Of a stretch of 64,000 nucleotides of DNA, positions 60,701-64,000 are shown in pieces. The notes below the pieces were generated by a model. The model did no database searches. It had not been told where the DNA came from and worked only from the letters and a program-made list of their open reading frames with translations. Source of the stretch: Phaeosaccion multiseriatum (taxonomy: Eukaryota > Protista > Ochrophyta, other classes); the NCBI GenBank assembly GCA_965112735.1, contig OZ218956.1, positions 496,001-560,000 of the forward strand, written 5' to 3'. Both the position numbers and the translations under genes were made by a program. Position 1 is the first letter of the stretch. Every line of letters starts with the position of its first letter.

Positions 60701-63700
60701 CACCCCCGGAATGATCACCGTGTTGTTGACGGCATGGTCCTTGAGAAGGTCCTTGAGGTGAGGGGAGAAGGGGCTGGGGAGGCGCATTCCGTCTCCCTCC
60801 TGGACTACCTCGCCACTCGGCATAAACGCCAGCGGAGGCTTGTACCAAGGAAATGATCGGCGAGTCGGATAAAGCTCACGATGCTCCGGCCCCACTATAC
60901 TGCCCAGGGCTGCTCCAAATGAATCCTCGGAGTTCTTCCCGAGTGTGAGGGAGGAGATCCACGCCAGCCCCTCGCGACGCTCGCACTTGGCTCCCATGCT
61001 GCTCAGCACAGGGTTGGGACCCACCTCAACAATGCTCAGGTCAGCCCCCCTCCCGTCTCCCATCCAGTGCTCCACCAGCGTGTTGATGCCTTCTGCGAAC
61101 AGCACAGGCGACAGCATGTGTTGCACCCAATACGTCGCCTGCGTCACCTCCTCCCCTCTCACCACCTCACCCGTCACGTTGGACACCAGAGGAATGCGTG
61201 GGGCGCTGAATGACACCTGCCTCAGAGCCTCCTCCAGCGCACGTACAGCGGGCTCCATCATAGGAGAGTGGAAGGCGTGCGACACCTCCAGGGCCTTGCA
61301 GCCCACCCCATCAGCCGTGAGCTTCTCCACCACCTTGTCCACAGCGGTTGGAGTGCCAGAGATCACGCTCGCGCTCGGTCCATTCGACGACGCCAGCACC
61401 ACCTCGCCTGCCCCCCCCGCAGCGTCGATGCTTGCCAAAGTCGCCTCCTTGCCTGCCCTCACTGCGAACATCACCCCCTCCCCCTCGGGGCAGGCCTGCA
61501 TGGCGGCTCCTTTCTTGGCGGACAGCATCAGCCCGTCCTCCAGCGACATGACGCCGGCCACGCACGCCGCCACTACCTCGCCCAGGCTGTGGCCCATCAC
61601 CATGGACGGCTCCACGTCCTCCGACTTCCACATCTCACACAGGGCGTACTCCAGCACAAACAGGCACGGCTGGCAGTAGCGTGTCTCCTTCAGCAGTGCT
61701 TGTGCAGTCTCCTCCTCCTCCTCCTCCCCATCCTCAGCGACCGTTGGGTACATGAGTTCCACCACAGACTTGTCCAGCCAGGCCCGCTCCATGAGCATCC
61801 TACTGCACCGCTGCACACACTCTCGGAACACGCCCTCCTTCTCGTACAGCTCCCTGCCCATGCCCACGTACTGCGAACCCTGTCCTGTGAACAAGAACAC
61901 CACTGGAGTCTCTGCTTGCCCCGGATTAGGGCCTGGCGCACCCTCACTCTTCTCCCCATGGCTCCTCAGCAGCGCGTGTGCATTCGTTCCTCCCGCCCCG
62001 AACGAGCTCACCCCCACCAACACGTCTCCCTCGTCCTCCAGCTCCATCATCGCCGACGGGAGCTGCACGTGAAAGCTGTCCATATCCAGCTCCGGGTTGA
62101 TGCTCTCGAGGTGAAGGTTGGCGGGCACGGCGCGGTGCTGCAGCATCAAGACGGCCTTGATGAGCCCGGCAATGCCCGCAGCACCCTCCAGATGGCCAAT
62201 ATTGGTCTTGACTGCACCCACTACCAGCGGGAAAGAGTCGTCACGGTTCTTTCCATACGTGGCCTTCAGAGCGCTCATCTCGATGGGGTCGCCGAGCGAG
62301 GTTCCCGTGCCGTGTGCCTCCACGATGCGTACTTCGGACCCCTCCCGACTGGCCTCACGCAGCGTCGCCTCGACAAGGCTCTGCTGGGCAGCTGGGCTGG
62401 GGGCCGTCAGACGGGCACTGGCTCCATTGTGGTTCACGGCACAGCCTTCAATCACAGCGAGGACCGTGTCTCCGGCAGCGAGGGCGTCATCCAGGCTTTT
62501 CAGCACAACGGCACCGCACCCCTCGCCACGCACATATCCGTTGGCCGAGGCGTCGAACGTCTTGCAGCGCCTGAGAAGGTTAATGGGAACAGAGAAAGTG
62601 TCGTGGATAATTCGCAGCTTGACGAAGTGCACAGAGAGGTCGGCGGCACTCCCTTACTTACAGGTAAGCACCTCGCGTTTGTGGAAGGCGGCAGTGGTTC
62701 ATAGGAGGTAGTGTGAGCGGAACAAGAAGGGAACTACAGGAATCGAAGGCGAGGCAAGCACATCATACATCACAGGAGCAGAAAAACAACACGCAATGTG
62801 GAGCAGCCGGTGCCACGTACCAGTCGGGGGAGAGGAAGGTCCCCGCAATCAATGACTGAAAGGTGCTCTTCCCGAGCAGCAGGTTCACGCCACCGACCAC
62901 TGCCGAGTCGCACTTGCCCAGGCGGAGGTTGCTGCAAGCAGCGTCCAGAGCCACCAGGGACGACGAGCATGCTGTCTGCAGCAACGCGCTGGGACCGCAG
63001 AGACCCAGAGTGTAGGATACGCGATTCGCAATGTTCGAAGCTGTCAGGCCCATTCCGCCGTAGGCGCTCTGAGCAGTGGTATCTCCTGCCACGAAGCCCC
63101 AGTCCGTGTCCGACAAACCCACAAACACGCCGGTGTTGCTGCCCCGTAGGCTGTTCTTGCTGTGGCCCGCGCGATGGAGGGCCTGGAAGGCCACCTCCAG
63201 CATGAGGCGCTGATTGGGGTCCATTGCCTCTGCCTCGACAGCACTGATGCCAAAGTAGGCATTATCGAACATCTCAACGCCCTCAATGAACCCTCCATGT
63301 AGCTGCACCTCGCCCTTATTACTCTCCCACCTATCATTTGGCGCTGCCGTGATGCAGTCTCTGCCCTCGCACATCAACGACCAGAACTGCTCCGGGCTAT
63401 TGGCTCCACCGGGGAGGCGACACGCCATACTCACCACAGCGATGGGGGCTGGAGAGTCCGAGGACAAGTGTTGTCCTGTCAGCACCTTTTTACCCTCCTC
63501 TACATTATCCAGCACCTCAAGAATCTGGGCCTCGAGCCACGCGGCCATTGCAGACACCGATGGATACGAGAAGAAGGCGCCATTCGAAACGGGGACACCA
63601 CACCAGGCCTCGATTCGATTGCGAAACTCCACGGACGCCATCGAATCGAGTCCGGCCTCCATCAAGGGCGTCGTTGCTGCTAAGGTGAAGTCCTCGCCAA

Positions 63701-64000
63701 CACACTCGACTGCCATACCCGTCAGGACTTGCTCGATCCTCTCCCGCCGTGCTGACTCCGGCAAGAGCAGGAGCTCCTCCCGCACCTCGGCGTTGACGCT
63801 GTACCCTCTTGACGCCTCATCATTTTCTCCGCGGTCTGTCAATTGCCCGAGGAAATCGCTGTGCACCGGGTCCAAGCTCGCTCGAAATCTGTCCCACCTC
63901 ATGGCCGGCATGACGGCCACCTCCTGTACAACGGCTTGCGCTTGACTTGCAAGGACGGCATCCAGAGCCTTCATACCTAGCGCCGATGAGATCAGGCCCA
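33968..64000 (-). CDS. Giant hybrid modular type I polyketide synthase (5'-truncated by the window): KR-ACP-[KS-AT-DH-ER-KR-ACP]x3-KS-FAAL-ACP-KS-ACP-ACP-Pls-like TM/triple beta-helix terminus. Introns at 62571-62820, 56317-56472, 50030-50185, 43785-43891, 42464-42601, 41547-41794, 41038-41185, 40047-40312, 39182-39439, 38588-38700, 38144-38291, 36274-36417, 36063-36140, 35784-35948, 35001-35097
   Basis: All 15 GT-AG introns restore conserved motifs across the junctions (e.g. LSxD/KG|RCKTF, WLPQYH|DIGL, YGLAEHVVF|VSW, QG|GFIDG). No stop is met between 64000 and 33968 apart from two 1-bp homopolymer frameshifts (~55870, ~58022). Confidence 0.9.
36930..39900 (-). other. ACP - divergent AT-less KS - ACP - ACP
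   Basis: ACP FMEAGMTSVMMAEL..FFDFPTPALLA. KS with DTGCPS, EAHATAT and TLGHMEGASG. Two related ACPs (LAYDSVAVAE..IFDMPTL and LADDSVAAAE..LFDMPTV). Confidence 0.82.
40155..40284. repeat. 63-bp tandem duplication inside a PKS intron
   Basis: GGGCAAGTACCAAAGCACACAGATTGAAGGGGGGCAAAGGCAGGGAGAGATGGGCAAAA occurs twice in tandem. Confidence 0.9.
40360..42710 (-). other. Internal fatty acyl-AMP ligase (FAAL)-type adenylation domain
   Basis: FFAAFLGCLRAGVVAV, LQYTSGSTGDPKGV, SWLPQYHDIGL, MSPVSFIRRPLLWL, APDFAYALC, NAAEPI, GYGLAEH, GEIWISSPSVAAGYW, LRTGDVG, GRIKDLIIFNGVNHYPQDVE, IPKTTSGKIRR. Confidence 0.9.
43140..44525 (-). other. AT-less KS domain followed by a poly-Gln linker
   Basis: VDTACSSS, EAHGTGT and NIGHMEGASG are intact. 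No GQGSQ/GHS motif follows, and the linker runs directly into the adenylation domain. Confidence 0.88.
44590..50810 (-). other. PKS fully reducing module C (KS-AT-DH-ER-KR-ACP)
   Basis: Same motif set, with a distinct ACP (GLDSLSLEEFRH). Confidence 0.92.
44895..61897. repeat. Tandem direct repeat, period 6286-6288 bp (AT-DH-ER-KR block x3, ACP-KS block including its intron x2)
   Basis: The ORF track recurs at constant offsets (45221/51509/57796, 48371/54659/60945, 49651/55938). Confidence 0.95.
50880..57100 (-). other. PKS fully reducing module B (KS-AT-DH-ER-KR-ACP)
   Basis: Same motif set with KS DTACSSS. Near-identical to the neighbouring modules. Confidence 0.92.
57170..63450 (-). other. 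PKS fully reducing module A (KS-AT-DH-ER-KR-ACP)
   Basis: KS QTACSSS/EAHGTGT/NIGHLE. AT GQGSQ, GHSLGE, HAFHS (malonyl type). DH DHAVNNTVIIPG and HPAVLD. ER LIHAASGGVG. KR SGGLGALG, HAAGVLDD, YAAAN. ACP GLDSL. Confidence 0.92.
63520..64000 (-). other. PKS: end of a KR domain and the ACP of the preceding (out-of-window) module
   Basis: ALGMKALDAVL..AVMPAMRWDRF (KR C-terminus), then PLMEAGLDSMASVEFRNRI...FSYPSVSAMAAWL. Confidence 0.85.

Noticed and set aside
43918-63945. Many plus-strand ORFs (up to 478 aa) opposite the PKS
   Set aside because: Antisense shadows of a GC-rich coding strand. They recur with the module repeat and carry no recognisable motifs.
33968-64000. Interpreting the PKS region as several separate genes or as a pseudogene
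   Set aside because: ORF breaks coincide with GT-AG introns that restore conserved motifs. The two remaining breaks are 1-bp homopolymer differences typical of sequencing error, and the catalytic motifs are intact.
1-64000. CRISPR arrays, tRNA/rRNA genes, transposase or reverse-transcriptase ORFs
   Set aside because: None recognised. Short periodic sequences (e.g. 2713-2748, 14200-14230, 28410-28465) are simple tandem repeats without unique spacers.

Overview
GC-rich, intron-containing eukaryotic DNA. The GT-AG introns are packed with (CCCT)n, (GAGT)n and (CA)n microsatellites, a style suggesting an alga or protist, but the taxon cannot be fixed from sequence alone. The left half (1-32 kb) holds seven genes: a TPR/GT41 O-GlcNAc-transferase-like gene, two low-complexity hypothetical genes, a 12-exon helical-repeat gene with a basic tail, a GRDP/DUF1399-like + tandem SUMO-like gene, an intronless permuted-papain (PPPDE/LRAT-like) gene and a membrane-anchored S8 subtilase. 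A ~1 kb inverted repeat follows at 32.6-33.7 kb. The right half (33968 to beyond 64000, minus strand) is the 3' part of ONE giant gene, about 9,200 codons in this window alone. It is a modular type I PKS: ...KR-ACP-[KS-AT-DH-ER-KR-ACP]x3-KS-FAAL-ACP-KS*-ACP-ACP. It ends not in a thioesterase but in a membrane-embedded triple left-handed beta-helix domain of the epsilon-poly-L-lysine-synthetase (Pls) C-terminal type. This hybrid assembly line is the main candidate for an undescribed system. Its middle reducing module is a chimeric, near-perfect 6.29-kb tandem duplication. Exon boundaries were derived by eye from GT/AG sites and reading-frame continuity.
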